Part shown: one piece after another, positions 38,091 to 47,733 of the stretch | Layout of the letters: every line of letters starts with the position of its first letter | How positions within the stretch are numbered: the stretch's first letter is position 1 | DNA from: Actinomycetota bacterium | GTDB lineage: Bacteria; Actinomycetota; UBA4738 | Length of the DNA: 64,000 nucleotides | Direction: 5' to 3' | Assembly (NCBI GenBank): GCA_036847185.1 | Contig: DAIUAM010000001.1 | Location: forward strand, 2,331-66,330 | Translations under genes and position numbers: made by a program | Notes under the pieces: generated by a model | What the model was told of the DNA's origin: nothing | What the model saw: only the letters and a program-made list of their open reading frames with translations | The model's database searches: none

Positions 38091-39656
38091 ATGGCGAGCA
38101 CCACACCCTCAGACATCCGCCTGGCCGAGCTGGTGGCCACGCTTTCGCTCGGCACCGACCTTGGCCTCGGACAGCCGATGGAGCACGTCATCCGTCAGAC
38201 CCTGATCGCTCTGCGGATGAGCGAGCTCATGGGCCTCGACGAATCCGAGCGCGCGGTCGTCTACTACTCCGGTCTGCTCGCCTGGGTGGGGTGCCACACC
38301 GACGCGTACGAGCAGGCCAAGTGGTTCGGCGACGACCTCACGATCAAGGCCGCCGGGTTCCTGGTGGCCGAACCCGGGCCGGGCTTCCTGCTGAGCCACC
38401 TGGGCGCCGGGCGGCCGGTGCTCGAGCGGGCCCGGCTCGGGGTGTCGCTCCTCGGAGAAGCCGCCCGCCGGCACACCGTCATCGACCTCTACGCCCACTG
38501 GCTCGCCGCCGACGGACTGGCCAGGGAGCTTGGGCTGGGTGACGACGTCTGCCAGAGCCTGCGGGAGAGCTACGAGCGCTGGGACGGCAAGGGCGCGGCC
38601 GGTGCGAAGGGCCAAGAGATCCGGTTGACCTCTCGACTGGTCTACCTCGCCGACGTGATCGCGGCCTTCCATCGCCACGGGGGCATCGACGCTGCGATCG
38701 CGGTGGCGAAGGAGCGCAGCGGTACGCATTTCGACCCGTCGCTGGTGGACCTGTTCTGCGCGCAGGCCCCGGTGTTGTTGAGCGATCTGGACGCCACCGG
38801 CAACTGGGACACGGTGATCGCCGCGGAACCACACCTCGAGATGCTCGTCTCGGAGGATCGGTTCGACCCCGTCCTGGAGGCGATCGGCGATTTCGTCGAC
38901 CTGAAGTCGCCGTTCACGATCGGGCACTCGCGCGCGGTGGCCGACCTCGCGGCGGAGGCGGGGCGGATCTTCGGACTCAGCGATGCCGAAGCGCTGACCG
39001 TTCGGCGCGCCGGGTTGCTGCACGACATCGGCCGGCTGGGCGTCTCCAATGCGGTATGGGACAAGCGAGGCGACCTGACGCCCTCGGAATCGGAACGGGT
39101 CCGCCTGCATCCCTATCTCACCGAGCGCATGCTCGCGTTCTCTCCGACACTCGCCGGTCTGGGAGCGGTCGCCGTGCAGCATCATGAGCGGCTGGACGGC
39201 TCCGGTTACCCGCGCGCGATCTCGGGTGAAGCGATCACGCCGGCGGGCAGGGTCCTCGGAACGGCCGACGCGTACCACGCGATGCTCGAGCTCCGGCCGC
39301 ATCGTCCGGCGCGCTCGCCCGATGAAGCGGCATCGGAGCTGCGAGCGGAGGTCGTCGAGGGCCGCTTCGACGGCGACGCGGTCGATGCGGTGCTGGGTGC
39401 GGCCGGCCATCGCATTCCGCGGCGACGAACCTGGCCCGCCGGCCTGACCACGCGCGAGGTGGAGGTGCTCCGGCTCGTGGCGTGCGGTTTCTCGACCAGG
39501 GAGATCGCCGACCGCTTGGTGATCGCGCGGAAGACCGCCGGCAACCACATCGAGCACATCTACACGAAGATCGGCGCCTCGAATCGCGCGCGAGCGGGCC
39601 TGTTCGCGATGCAGCACGGGCTGATGACCGGGATGGAGCGGCTCGACCTGAAGTAG
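38091..39656 (+). CDS. Tandem HD/HD-GYP domain + LuxR HTH regulator
   Basis: YERWDGKG, LHDIGRLG, HHERLDGSGYP, C-terminal LTTREVEVLRLVACG...HIYTKIG; TAGACT 8 nt before the ATG. Confidence 0.9.
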   Translation: MASTTPSDIRLAELVATLSLGTDLGLGQPMEHVIRQTLIALRMSELMGLDESERAVVYYSGLLAWVGCHTDAYEQAKWFGDDLTIKAAGFLVAEPGPGFLLSHLGAGRPVLERARLGVSLLGEAARRHTVIDLYAHWLAADGLARELGLGDDVCQSLRESYERWDGKGAAGAKGQEIRLTSRLVYLADVIAAFHRHGGIDAAIAVAKERSGTHFDPSLVDLFCAQAPVLLSDLDATGNWDTVIAAEPHLEMLVSEDRFDPVLEAIGDFVDLKSPFTIGHSRAVADLAAEAGRIFGLSDAEALTVRRAGLLHDIGRLGVSNAVWDKRGDLTPSESERVRLHPYLTERMLAFSPTLAGLGAVAVQHHERLDGSGYPRAISGEAITPAGRVLGTADAYHAMLELRPHRPARSPDEAASELRAEVVEGRFDGDAVDAVLGAAGHRIPRRRTWPAGLTTREVEVLRLVACGFSTREIADRLVIARKTAGNHIEHIYTKIGASNRARAGLFAMQHGLMTGMERLDLK

Positions 39657-39676
39657 CCTCCCCAACGCCTCGAAAG

Positions 39677-39694
39677 ATGAGGCGAACACCCCAT
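39677..39694. promoter_or_regulatory. Imperfect palindrome downstream of the LuxR regulator, candidate operator
   Basis: ATGAGG-CGAACA-CCCCAT, 59 nt before the GTG of the next gene. Confidence 0.45.
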
Positions 39695-39753
39695 GACGGC
39701 CGACGACGCCCCGCCTACCTTCTCGCTCAGGCGTTCGAGGGAGGAGGATCGTC

Positions 39754-40461
39754 GTGGTCACGGGTATCGGCACGGGCAGGCCGTCACATGCTGCAGCGCA
39801 GGTTCGGCCTCGCCGCCGAATGATCTGGCTCGCGTGGGGTGCCATCGGCGGGGTGGCGGTCTTCGATCTGGGGTGGCTCGTCGCGGGCGCACTGCAGGCC
39901 GGTGGCTATTCCGTCGCCAGAGACGACGTCAGCGACCTCGGAGCGCTGACGGCGCAGCATCCTTGGGTGATCCTGAGCGCGGGCGGTCTCGCGGGAGCGC
40001 TCACCATCCTGTTCGCGCTCTTCGCGCTCCGCCCAGCCATGGCCGTACACGAGCGCGGGGCTACGCTCGGTGCCTGGCTCCTGGCCGCGTCTCTCATGGG
40101 TCTCGACAACCTGTCCGACGCGTTCTTCCGACTCGACTGCCGGGCGGCCGACCAGGCGTGTACCACGTCGGCAGCCATGAGCTCGTGGCACGGCACGATC
40201 CATGTGGTCATAGGAGCGGCGACCGCCATCGCCACGATCGCGGCCCTGTTCGTCCTCGCGAAGCGCATGCGTCGGGCAGACGGATGGCGTGACCTCGCCC
40301 GGCCGGCGTTCCTCTTCGGTCTGCTGTTCCTCGCCGTCCTGGTCGCCTATGTGGCGCTCGAAAGAAAGACGGGCGGCGGATACCTGCAACGAGCGGCGAT
40401 CGTGCTCTTGTCCGTCTGGACGATCACACTCGCGCTCCGTGTCCGTGCCCTGGCACGCTAA
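39754..40461 (+). CDS. DUF998-like membrane protein
   Basis: VSDLGA, FRLDC...C, HGTIH, GYLQR with multiple TMs; GGAGGAGG RBS. Confidence 0.75.
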   Translation: MVTGIGTGRPSHAAAQVRPRRRMIWLAWGAIGGVAVFDLGWLVAGALQAGGYSVARDDVSDLGALTAQHPWVILSAGGLAGALTILFALFALRPAMAVHERGATLGAWLLAASLMGLDNLSDAFFRLDCRAADQACTTSAAMSSWHGTIHVVIGAATAIATIAALFVLAKRMRRADGWRDLARPAFLFGLLFLAVLVAYVALERKTGGGYLQRAAIVLLSVWTITLALRVRALAR

Positions 40462-40527
40462 CCGGACGAAAGGAGGAGGCGGGGCTGAGCCCTCGTTCTC
40501 TCGAACACGTCGAGGTAGCCTCGGTTC

Positions 40528-40944
40528 GTGCTTGCGCTCGCCAGCATCTGGAACGTACTCATCGCCATCGGATGTGGGCTGGTTGTCGCGTGGGTCGCTC
40601 TGGTTATCACGCTGATCGCCCTTCGGCCGGAAGGCTCGGTCCTGAAAGATGCGCTCCGCATCTTTCCCGACACCGTGCGGCTCCTGCGACGCATCGGAGC
40701 CGATCGCACGGTCCCGAGAGCAGTGCGGCTCCGCCTGTACCTGCTGTTCGTCTACCTGGCGTCCCCGATCGACCTCATCCCGGACTTCCTGCCGGTGATC
40801 GGCTACGCGGACGACGCCGTGATGGTCGCGGCGGTCCTGCGCTCGGTGGTTCGCCGGGCCGGCACTGACACCATCCGCCGCCACTGGCCGGGGACCGAAG
40901 AGGGCCTGGCGACGCTCAGCCGGATCGCGGGACTCCCCGAGTGA
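40528..40944 (+). CDS. DUF1232 (YkvA-like) membrane protein
   Basis: YLASPIDLIPDFLPVIGYADD signature. Confidence 0.88.
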   Translation: MLALASIWNVLIAIGCGLVVAWVALVITLIALRPEGSVLKDALRIFPDTVRLLRRIGADRTVPRAVRLRLYLLFVYLASPIDLIPDFLPVIGYADDAVMVAAVLRSVVRRAGTDTIRRHWPGTEEGLATLSRIAGLPE

Positions 40945-41065
40945 CCTGCTCGCCGCAACAGCCCCGTTCGGTTTGACGAGGAGGGGTGACCGGAAGCCTA
41001 ATCAGTCGTCGACCGAGAGCGAGGGGCAGTCGCGATGAGCACGCTAGACCTCTACCGTTGAACCC

Positions 41066-41911
41066 GTGTCGGCGATGAGCACCGAACACGAGGAACAGCA
41101 GGTCGAACGGGCGAACGCGACGAAGCAAACGCCGGTCGTGTTCATCCACGGGCTATGGCTGCTGCCCAGCAGCTGGGATCGCTGGGCCCGGGTCTTCGAG
41201 GAGGCCGGCTACACGACGCTGACGCCAGGCTGGCCTGACGATCCCGAAACCGTCGAGGAGGCGAACGCCAACCCTGGGGTCTTCGCGAACAAGTCGGTGG
41301 GCCAGGTGGCGGACCACCTCGACGGGATCATCCGCAGGCTGACGAAGAAGCCGGTCATCATCGGTCACTCGTTCGGCGGGCTCCTGACGCAGATCCTGGC
41401 TGGTCGGGGCCTGGCCGCGGTGTCGGTGGCGATCGACCCGGCGCCGTTCCGGGGTGTCCTCCCACTGCCGATCTCCGCGCTGAAGGCCGCGTGGCCGGTA
41501 CTTCGGAACCCGGCGAACCGCCGCCGTGCGGTCCCGCTCACTCATGACCAGTTCCGCTTCGCGTTCGCCAACGCCGTGAGCGAGATGGAAGCCAAGGAGC
41601 TCTACGAGACCTTCGCCGTGCCTGCCGCCGGCAAGCCGATCTTCCAGGCGGCGTCGGCGAACCTCAACCCGTGGACCGAGGCGAAGGTCGATACGAAGAA
41701 CCCGGCCCGCGGCCCGCTGCTCATCATGGACGGGGAGCAGGACCACACCGTCCCGTGGGCGATCGCTCACGCCTCCTACAAGCGCCAGAAGCGCAATCAG
41801 GGGGTGACCGAGATCGTCAAGATCGCGAACCGCGGGCACGCGCTCACGATCGACAGCGGCTGGCGCGAGGTCGCGCACACCGCGCTCACGTTCGTCAAAC
41901 GATTCGCGTAG
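41066..41911 (+). CDS. Alpha/beta hydrolase
   Basis: FIHGLWL, IGHSFGG, GEQDHTVP, RGHAL catalytic-triad motifs. Confidence 0.9.
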   Translation: MSAMSTEHEEQQVERANATKQTPVVFIHGLWLLPSSWDRWARVFEEAGYTTLTPGWPDDPETVEEANANPGVFANKSVGQVADHLDGIIRRLTKKPVIIGHSFGGLLTQILAGRGLAAVSVAIDPAPFRGVLPLPISALKAAWPVLRNPANRRRAVPLTHDQFRFAFANAVSEMEAKELYETFAVPAAGKPIFQAASANLNPWTEAKVDTKNPARGPLLIMDGEQDHTVPWAIAHASYKRQKRNQGVTEIVKIANRGHALTIDSGWREVAHTALTFVKRFA

Positions 41912-41942
41912 CCGCCAGCTTCGTTCCGCGGAGCGCGAGACC

Positions 41943-43349
41943 TCACGCCGCGAGCGCGGCGCAGAACTCCCCGAACGCGTCGATATAGCGCTGGACGTCC
42001 TCTTCGGAATGCTGGACGCTGATCGTCCACTGCTCCTCGTCGCCCGGGGTCATGAAGATGCCCCGGTTCACCATCCACGGCCAGGACGCAGCGAACAGGG
42101 CCGGGTTGCACTCCAGGAAGTCCCGGTAGTTGGTCAACCGTTCGGGCCGGTACGACACGCAGCCTTTCGCCCCCAGGTCCACGGTGTGGGCGGGGATGCC
42201 GCTCGAGGCGATCGCCGAATGGCACCCTTCGGCCAGCATGGTCCCCAGCTTGCCGAGGTGCTCGTAGGCGTCGCGGGTGAGCACCTGGGTCAGCGCGGCC
42301 AGCCCGGCGCTGCACGACAGCGGGTTCCCGTTGAAGGTCCCCTGCTGCGCCGCGCCATGCGACACCACGTCCATCACGTCCGCCCGCCCGCCGAACGCAC
42401 CGATCACGGTGCCGCCGCCCAGCGCCTTCGCGAAGCACGCCAGGTCCGGCTGGACGCCGAACCGCTCGATGGCCCCGCCGTAAGCGATCGTCCCCCCGGA
42501 CTTCACCTCGTCGAAGATCAGGACCACACCATGCGACGAACACAGCTCCCGAACCCGCTCCAGGTAGCCGTCGGCGGGGACGACGATGCCGATGTTCATC
42601 ATGACCGGCTCCATGATCAGCGCGGCGACCTCGTCGCCCAGCTCGTCTAGCGCACGCTCCAGCGCGGCGGCGTCGTTGAACGGCACGATCAGGGTGTTCC
42701 GGGCGATGGCCGCAGGGACGCCTTTCGACGTGGGGACCGTCCGGTACGCGCCGCCCTCGTGTCCCACCACCTCCCCGCCGGTACTGAACCGGATGCCCAG
42801 CACGTCCGCCTCCGGGACCACCGAGAACAGCACGCTGTCGTGGTGGCCGTGGTACGAGCCTTCGATCTTCAGGATCGTGTCCCGGCCGGTGGCGGCCCGC
42901 GCCACCCGGATCGCGTCCATCGTCGCTTCGGTGCCGCTGTTCACGAACCGCATCTGCTCCAGCCCGAACCGCTCGCAGATCGCCTCGGCCAGGGCGACCG
43001 TGGTCTCGGTGCTCACCGCGAAGTGCGTCCCCGAGGACGCCGCCTTCGTGATCGCCTCGACGATCTTCGGGTGGGCGTGCCCGACCACGTTGACGCCGAA
43101 CCCGCTGTGGAAGTCGCGGTACTCGTTCCCGTCGACGTCCCACACGCCCGAGCCCATCCCGCGCTCCAGGTAGATCGGGTACGGATCCGCCGCCTGGAAG
43201 CTCGAAGCGACCCCCATGGGCAGCGAACGCAGCGCGCGCTGGTACAGCCTCCCGGACGCCGGTGTGCGTTGCAGCAACCGTTCGGCTTCGGCCTCGGCGA
43301 TCTCTTTCGCCTTCATGCTGATGCGTTCGTCGGGCGACTGGACCTGCAC
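41943..43349 (-). CDS. Class III PLP aminotransferase, glutamate-1-semialdehyde aminomutase-like
   Basis: WDVDGNEYRD, FVNSGTEATM, GSYHG, EPVMMN, FDEVKSG, FAKALGGG, GTFNGNPL; GAGGAGG before the GTG at 43349. Confidence 0.9.
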   Translation of the reverse strand: MQVQSPDERISMKAKEIAEAEAERLLQRTPASGRLYQRALRSLPMGVASSFQAADPYPIYLERGMGSGVWDVDGNEYRDFHSGFGVNVVGHAHPKIVEAITKAASSGTHFAVSTETTVALAEAICERFGLEQMRFVNSGTEATMDAIRVARAATGRDTILKIEGSYHGHHDSVLFSVVPEADVLGIRFSTGGEVVGHEGGAYRTVPTSKGVPAAIARNTLIVPFNDAAALERALDELGDEVAALIMEPVMMNIGIVVPADGYLERVRELCSSHGVVLIFDEVKSGGTIAYGGAIERFGVQPDLACFAKALGGGTVIGAFGGRADVMDVVSHGAAQQGTFNGNPLSCSAGLAALTQVLTRDAYEHLGKLGTMLAEGCHSAIASSGIPAHTVDLGAKGCVSYRPERLTNYRDFLECNPALFAASWPWMVNRGIFMTPGDEEQWTISVQHSEEDVQRYIDAFGEFCAALAA

Positions 43350-43383
43350 GTGGAACCTCCTCGCATCTGGATGCGGACGGTGG

Positions 43384-44235
43384 CTACTTCTTGCGTCGGG
43401 CCGCGACCACATTGATGGCCGCGATGACGACTCCTCCCATGAAGATAAGTGTTCCCATCACGAACACCTGCGGAGGGATCCCGACCTTGACCGCTCCGTA
43501 CACCCACAACGGGAACGTCTGCGTGGTCCCGGCGTTGAAGTTGGTGATGATGAAGTCGTCGATGGACAGTGCGAAGGCGAGCAGGCCGCCCGCCAGGATG
43601 CCCGGCCAGATGATCGGCAGCGTCACCTTCACGAAGGTCTGCATCGGGCTCGCTCCGAGGTCGCCGGCGGCCTCCTCCAGGGAGCGGTCGAACCCCGCCA
43701 GCCGGGCTCGCACCGTCACCGCCACGTAGGCGATGTTGAACATCACGTGGGCGATGATGATCGTGGCGATCCCCCGCGGCACGCCGAACGAGATGAACAG
43801 GGACAACAGCGAGGCGCCGAGCACGATCTCCGGCGCCGAGATGTTCAGGAACAGGACGAAGTCGGTCGCCGAGCGGCCCCGGTACCGGTACCGGACCAAC
43901 GCCAGGGCGATCAGCGTCCCCAGGATCGTGGCGATGATCGTGCTCACCACCCCCACGAGCAGCGAGTTCTTCAGGGCCTGGGTGAGGTCCGGCTTCGCGA
44001 ACAGATGGATGTATCCGTACAGGCTCCACCCCAGCCAGCGGAAGCTCACCCGCTTCGGCCCGCTGTTGTTGAAGCCGTACAGGATCATGATCAGGATCGG
44101 GGTGACCAGGTAGAGCATCACCAGCCCCGCGTACGTCGGCAGGATGAACCGGGTCCACCGCTTCTTCGCGTGGAAGGGCTCGGCCGGCGCTACGCCGCCC
44201 GCATGCGTCGGCCCCTCGAAGACGATCGCGCTCAC
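43384..44235 (-). CDS. potC: Polyamine ABC permease (PotC-like)
   Basis: EAA loop SLEEAAGDLGASP, SIDDFIIT; GTGA overlap with the upstream permease. Confidence 0.88.
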   Translation of the reverse strand: MSAIVFEGPTHAGGVAPAEPFHAKKRWTRFILPTYAGLVMLYLVTPILIMILYGFNNSGPKRVSFRWLGWSLYGYIHLFAKPDLTQALKNSLLVGVVSTIIATILGTLIALALVRYRYRGRSATDFVLFLNISAPEIVLGASLLSLFISFGVPRGIATIIIAHVMFNIAYVAVTVRARLAGFDRSLEEAAGDLGASPMQTFVKVTLPIIWPGILAGGLLAFALSIDDFIITNFNAGTTQTFPLWVYGAVKVGIPPQVFVMGTLIFMGGVVIAAINVVAARRKK

Positions 44236-45122
44236 ACGTACTCCTGGATGCTCCGGGTTCCGAGCACCTTCGCGTACAGGAAGATCCCGATGAGCAGCAC
44301 GGCCATCAACAGGAAGGACAGCGCGGCCGCCACCGGGTAGTGGAAGTTCTGGAGGAATTCGAGCTGGACGATATTCCCGATCATCGTGGTCTTGGTTCCT
44401 CCGAGGATCGACGCGTTCACGTAGTCCCCGACCGCCGGCACGAAGGTCAGCAGGATGCCGGCGAATACCCCCGGCACCGACAGCGGGAAGATGACCCGAG
44501 TGAACACCTGGCTCCGCCCCGCGTAGAGGTCGTGGGCCGCTTCGACCACTCGCCGGTCGATCCGTTCGATCGCCACATACAGCGGCAGCGCCATGAACGG
44601 CAGGAAGTTGTACGCGATGCCGCTGATCACGGCCGCCGACGTGGCCAGCACGTGGAAGCTGTGCGGCAGCAGGTGCCATCGCTTCAGCGTTCCGAGCACC
44701 AGCCCGTCGTCGGCCAGGATGAACTGCCAGGCCAGGGTCCGGATGACGAACGAGACGAAGAACGGCAGGAGCAGCAGGAACAGGAACGTGGTCTTGTGCT
44801 TCCCTCCGTGGAAGGCGATCCAGTAGGCCACGGGGTACGCGACGAGCAGGGTGATGCCGGTGGCCACGGACCCGTAGATCAGGGACCGCACGAACTGGAC
44901 GTGGTATTGCCGGAGGACCTCCCAGTACCTGCCGACGTGCCACGTGAGCTGGAACCCCTGCTCCAGGCTTCCGGTCTGCAGCGATACGGACGCCATGAAC
45001 AGGATCGGGATCAGGAAGAACAGCAGCAGCCACAGACCACCGGGAAGGGTGAGCAGGTACGGCGCGAGCCGTTTGCCCAGCCGTGCTTTCGGTTTCCCTA
45101 CGAGCTGTACACCGGTTGCCAT
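44232..45122 (-). CDS. potB: Polyamine ABC permease (PotB-like)
   Basis: PFFVSFVIRTLAW, YNFLPFMALPLY, EAAHDLYA. Confidence 0.88.
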   Translation of the reverse strand: MATGVQLVGKPKARLGKRLAPYLLTLPGGLWLLLFFLIPILFMASVSLQTGSLEQGFQLTWHVGRYWEVLRQYHVQFVRSLIYGSVATGITLLVAYPVAYWIAFHGGKHKTTFLFLLLLPFFVSFVIRTLAWQFILADDGLVLGTLKRWHLLPHSFHVLATSAAVISGIAYNFLPFMALPLYVAIERIDRRVVEAAHDLYAGRSQVFTRVIFPLSVPGVFAGILLTFVPAVGDYVNASILGGTKTTMIGNIVQLEFLQNFHYPVAAALSFLLMAVLLIGIFLYAKVLGTRSIQEYV

Positions 45123-46396
45123 ACGCTGTCCCACTCGTCCTTCTCCGCCGAGTCCTTGAAGACCTTGTACTGCTTCGCCTGGAGGAGATCCTGGGCTGAT
45201 GGGAAGATGAGTGGGCTGTTCGCCACCGTCGGGTCCTTGAGGTCGTTGAGCACGACGCTCTGCGCCCCCGGCACGGGGGTGACGTACCAGATGAAGTCCG
45301 CCATCTCGGCGGCCACCTTGGGGTCGTAGACGTAGTTCATGTACGTGATGGCGTCCACCGGATGCTGCGCGTGCAGCGGGATGGCCATGTTGTCGTGCCA
45401 GTAGATGGGGCCCTCCTGCGGGAACACGAACTTCATCTCCGGGAACCCGTCGCCGCCGAAGGACTTCGGCGCGGACGCGATGAAGATGTCGCCCGACCAT
45501 GCCTGGGTGAGGACGATGTCGCCGTTCTCCAACGCGTCGATGTAGCTCTGGTCGTAGAACTTCCGGACGATGCCGTCGTCGCGCGCCTTCGAGACGGCAT
45601 CCGCCGCCGTCTTCCACTGGTCGGACGTCGACTTGTCGATGTCGAATCCCATCGCGTTCAGCGCCGGGCATGGGAGGTCCTGGTCGTTGGCGAACATGCC
45701 GACCTTGCCCTTGTACGTCGGGTCCAGCAGGTCCTTGAAGCTGGTCGGCGGGGTCTTGACCACCTTCGAGTTGTAGCCGATCCCGGTGAAACCCGACTGC
45801 CACGCCACCGTGTAGACGTTGCCGGGGTCGTAGTTCGGGTTCTTCGTCTTCGGGTCGGCGTTCGCCTCCCAGTTCGGCAGGAACTTGTGGTCCAGCGGGG
45901 TGAGGAAGCCGAGGGCGATCATCCGTTCGATCCCGCCGCCGTTGGTGATCACGATCAGGTCGTAGCCCGTGTCCTGACCCGCCTGGAGCACGGGGATGAT
46001 CTTGGCAAGGAACGGGTCGTTGTCGTTGATGACCGTCTTGTAGTTCACCTTGATGCCGGTCTGCTTCGTGAACGCCTGCAGCGAGGGGCTGTTCCCCTTG
46101 CTGTCGACGTCGATGTAGTCCTCCCAGTTCGCGAAGTTCAAGGTACCGGCCGGCTTCCCGTCCCCGTAGTACTTCGTGAAGTCGATCGCGGAGGGCGACG
46201 CGCCGGGCTTGGTCGGCGAGGCCTTCGGCGCGCTCCCCTTCACGCCACACGCTGCCAGGAACGCGGCCAGACCCGCGCTCCCCACGCCGTAGCCCGCGAA
46301 CCGAAGCATGTCGCGGCGGCTGTACCGGCGTTGGGTGAGCCCCCTGAGCAGGGCGGGGTCGATGGGCCTGCGGGCGGGGTCAGGCTGGTCGTTCAT
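45098..46396 (-). CDS. potD: Polyamine-binding lipoprotein (PotD/PotF-like) with Tat signal
   Basis: SRRDMLR...AFLAAC Tat plus lipobox; NFANWEDYID, WQSGFTGIGYN, QAWSGD, WHDNMAIP. Confidence 0.88.
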   Translation of the reverse strand: MNDQPDPARRPIDPALLRGLTQRRYSRRDMLRFAGYGVGSAGLAAFLAACGVKGSAPKASPTKPGASPSAIDFTKYYGDGKPAGTLNFANWEDYIDVDSKGNSPSLQAFTKQTGIKVNYKTVINDNDPFLAKIIPVLQAGQDTGYDLIVITNGGGIERMIALGFLTPLDHKFLPNWEANADPKTKNPNYDPGNVYTVAWQSGFTGIGYNSKVVKTPPTSFKDLLDPTYKGKVGMFANDQDLPCPALNAMGFDIDKSTSDQWKTAADAVSKARDDGIVRKFYDQSYIDALENGDIVLTQAWSGDIFIASAPKSFGGDGFPEMKFVFPQEGPIYWHDNMAIPLHAQHPVDAITYMNYVYDPKVAAEMADFIWYVTPVPGAQSVVLNDLKDPTVANSPLIFPSAQDLLQAKQYKVFKDSAEKDEWDSVWQPVYSS

Positions 46397-47526
46397 GCTT
46401 CCTCCTCCCAGTCGGCGAGGGGCGCCGATGGCTTGACGACGAATGTGTGTTCGACTCGCCACACGAGCCGAACGCGATCCCCTGGCTGGGGAACCGCCTC
46501 ACCCCCGAGGTTCTGCGAGTAGACGGTGAGCGTGGTCTCGTTCGGTCCATCGATGGTGTACTGGTGGCTCACCCCGACGAAGGTGGTCACCCGAAGCATC
46601 CCCTCCACGTTGTTCCACCCTTCCGGAACGGGCTGTTCGACCGATTGCAGCCGGATCTTCTCCGGACGGACGCCGACCTTCTGGTGCGGGTCGTCGCCCT
46701 CCAGTCGGTCGGCCAGGACGCGCACCGGCGCGCTTCCCCGGACTGCGAACGTCGCGGTGGCGCCGTCGCGCCCGGTGAGTGAGCCGTCCAGCAGGTTCGA
46801 TGCTCCCAGGAACCCCGCCACGAATTCGGTCCGGGGGTGCTCATAGACCTCCTCCGGCGCACCGATCTGTTCGATCTTCCCGTGCCGCATCACCGCCAGG
46901 CGGTTGGACATGGTCATCGCCTCCTCCTGGTCGTGCGTCACGTACAGGAAGGTGATCCCGACCTCCTCCTGGATGCGTTTCAGTTCGAGCTGCATCTGCT
47001 TGCGGAGCTTCAGATCGAGCGCGCCGAGCGGCTCGTCGAGCAGCAGCACCTTGGGCCGGTTGACGAGGGCGCGGGCCAGGGCCACCCGCTGTTGCTGCCC
47101 GCCCGACAGCTGCGATGGCTTGCGCTCCTCGAACCCCGGCAGGTCAACCAGGGCCAGCGACTCCTTCACCCGCCGTTCGATGTCCGGCTTCGGGACCTTC
47201 CGCCGGCGGAGGCCGAACGCCACGTTCTCGTGCACGGAGAGGTGCGGGAACAGCGCGTAGGACTGGAACACCGTGTTGACATCGCGCCGGAACGACGGGA
47301 GGTTCGTGACGTCGGAGCCACCGAGCTGGATCGAGCCCAGCGAGGGCTCCTCGAAGCCCCCGATCATCCGCAGCGTGGTGGTCTTTCCGCAGCCGGAGGG
47401 CCCGAGGAGGCTGAAGAACTCGCCCGCCCCGATCTCCAGGCTCAGGTCGTCGACGGCGGTGACGTCGCCGAACCGCTTCGTCACCCGGAGGAGCTGGACG
47501 TTGGTCGAAGGATCGGTGGGAGCCAC
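46393..47526 (-). CDS. potA: Polyamine ABC ATPase (PotA-like)
   Basis: GPSGCGKTT, VFQSYALFPH, LSGGQQQR, LLDEPL, TOBE-like C-terminus. Confidence 0.92.
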   Translation of the reverse strand: MAPTDPSTNVQLLRVTKRFGDVTAVDDLSLEIGAGEFFSLLGPSGCGKTTTLRMIGGFEEPSLGSIQLGGSDVTNLPSFRRDVNTVFQSYALFPHLSVHENVAFGLRRRKVPKPDIERRVKESLALVDLPGFEERKPSQLSGGQQQRVALARALVNRPKVLLLDEPLGALDLKLRKQMQLELKRIQEEVGITFLYVTHDQEEAMTMSNRLAVMRHGKIEQIGAPEEVYEHPRTEFVAGFLGASNLLDGSLTGRDGATATFAVRGSAPVRVLADRLEGDDPHQKVGVRPEKIRLQSVEQPVPEGWNNVEGMLRVTTFVGVSHQYTIDGPNETTLTVYSQNLGGEAVPQPGDRVRLVWRVEHTFVVKPSAPLADWEEEA

Positions 47527-47733
47527 GGATGCTCCTGGTCGTAGATCGCTGGTCGGAGCCGATTGTGCCACGCCGCCTCCCGCGAACGACAGGGTCCCGG
47601 GTTCCTGGTTCGGTTCACCGGACCGTAGCCTATCGCTCTTCCGGCGCGGGCTTCCCGCCGGGCGAAACGAGCCTGCCCGCTTTGTACAGGCGGGCGAGAC
47701 CGGTTGGACATCCCGGCGAACACACTGGCCGCG

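Noticed and set aside
40987-41079. 30-codon ORF after a GAGGAGG sequence
   Set aside because: No recognisable features, and it overlaps the hydrolase promoter and start; probably chance.
38091-41911. Horizontally acquired island or mobile element
   Set aside because: No integrase, transposase, tRNA or flanking direct repeats seen; any compositional shift could not be quantified by eye.
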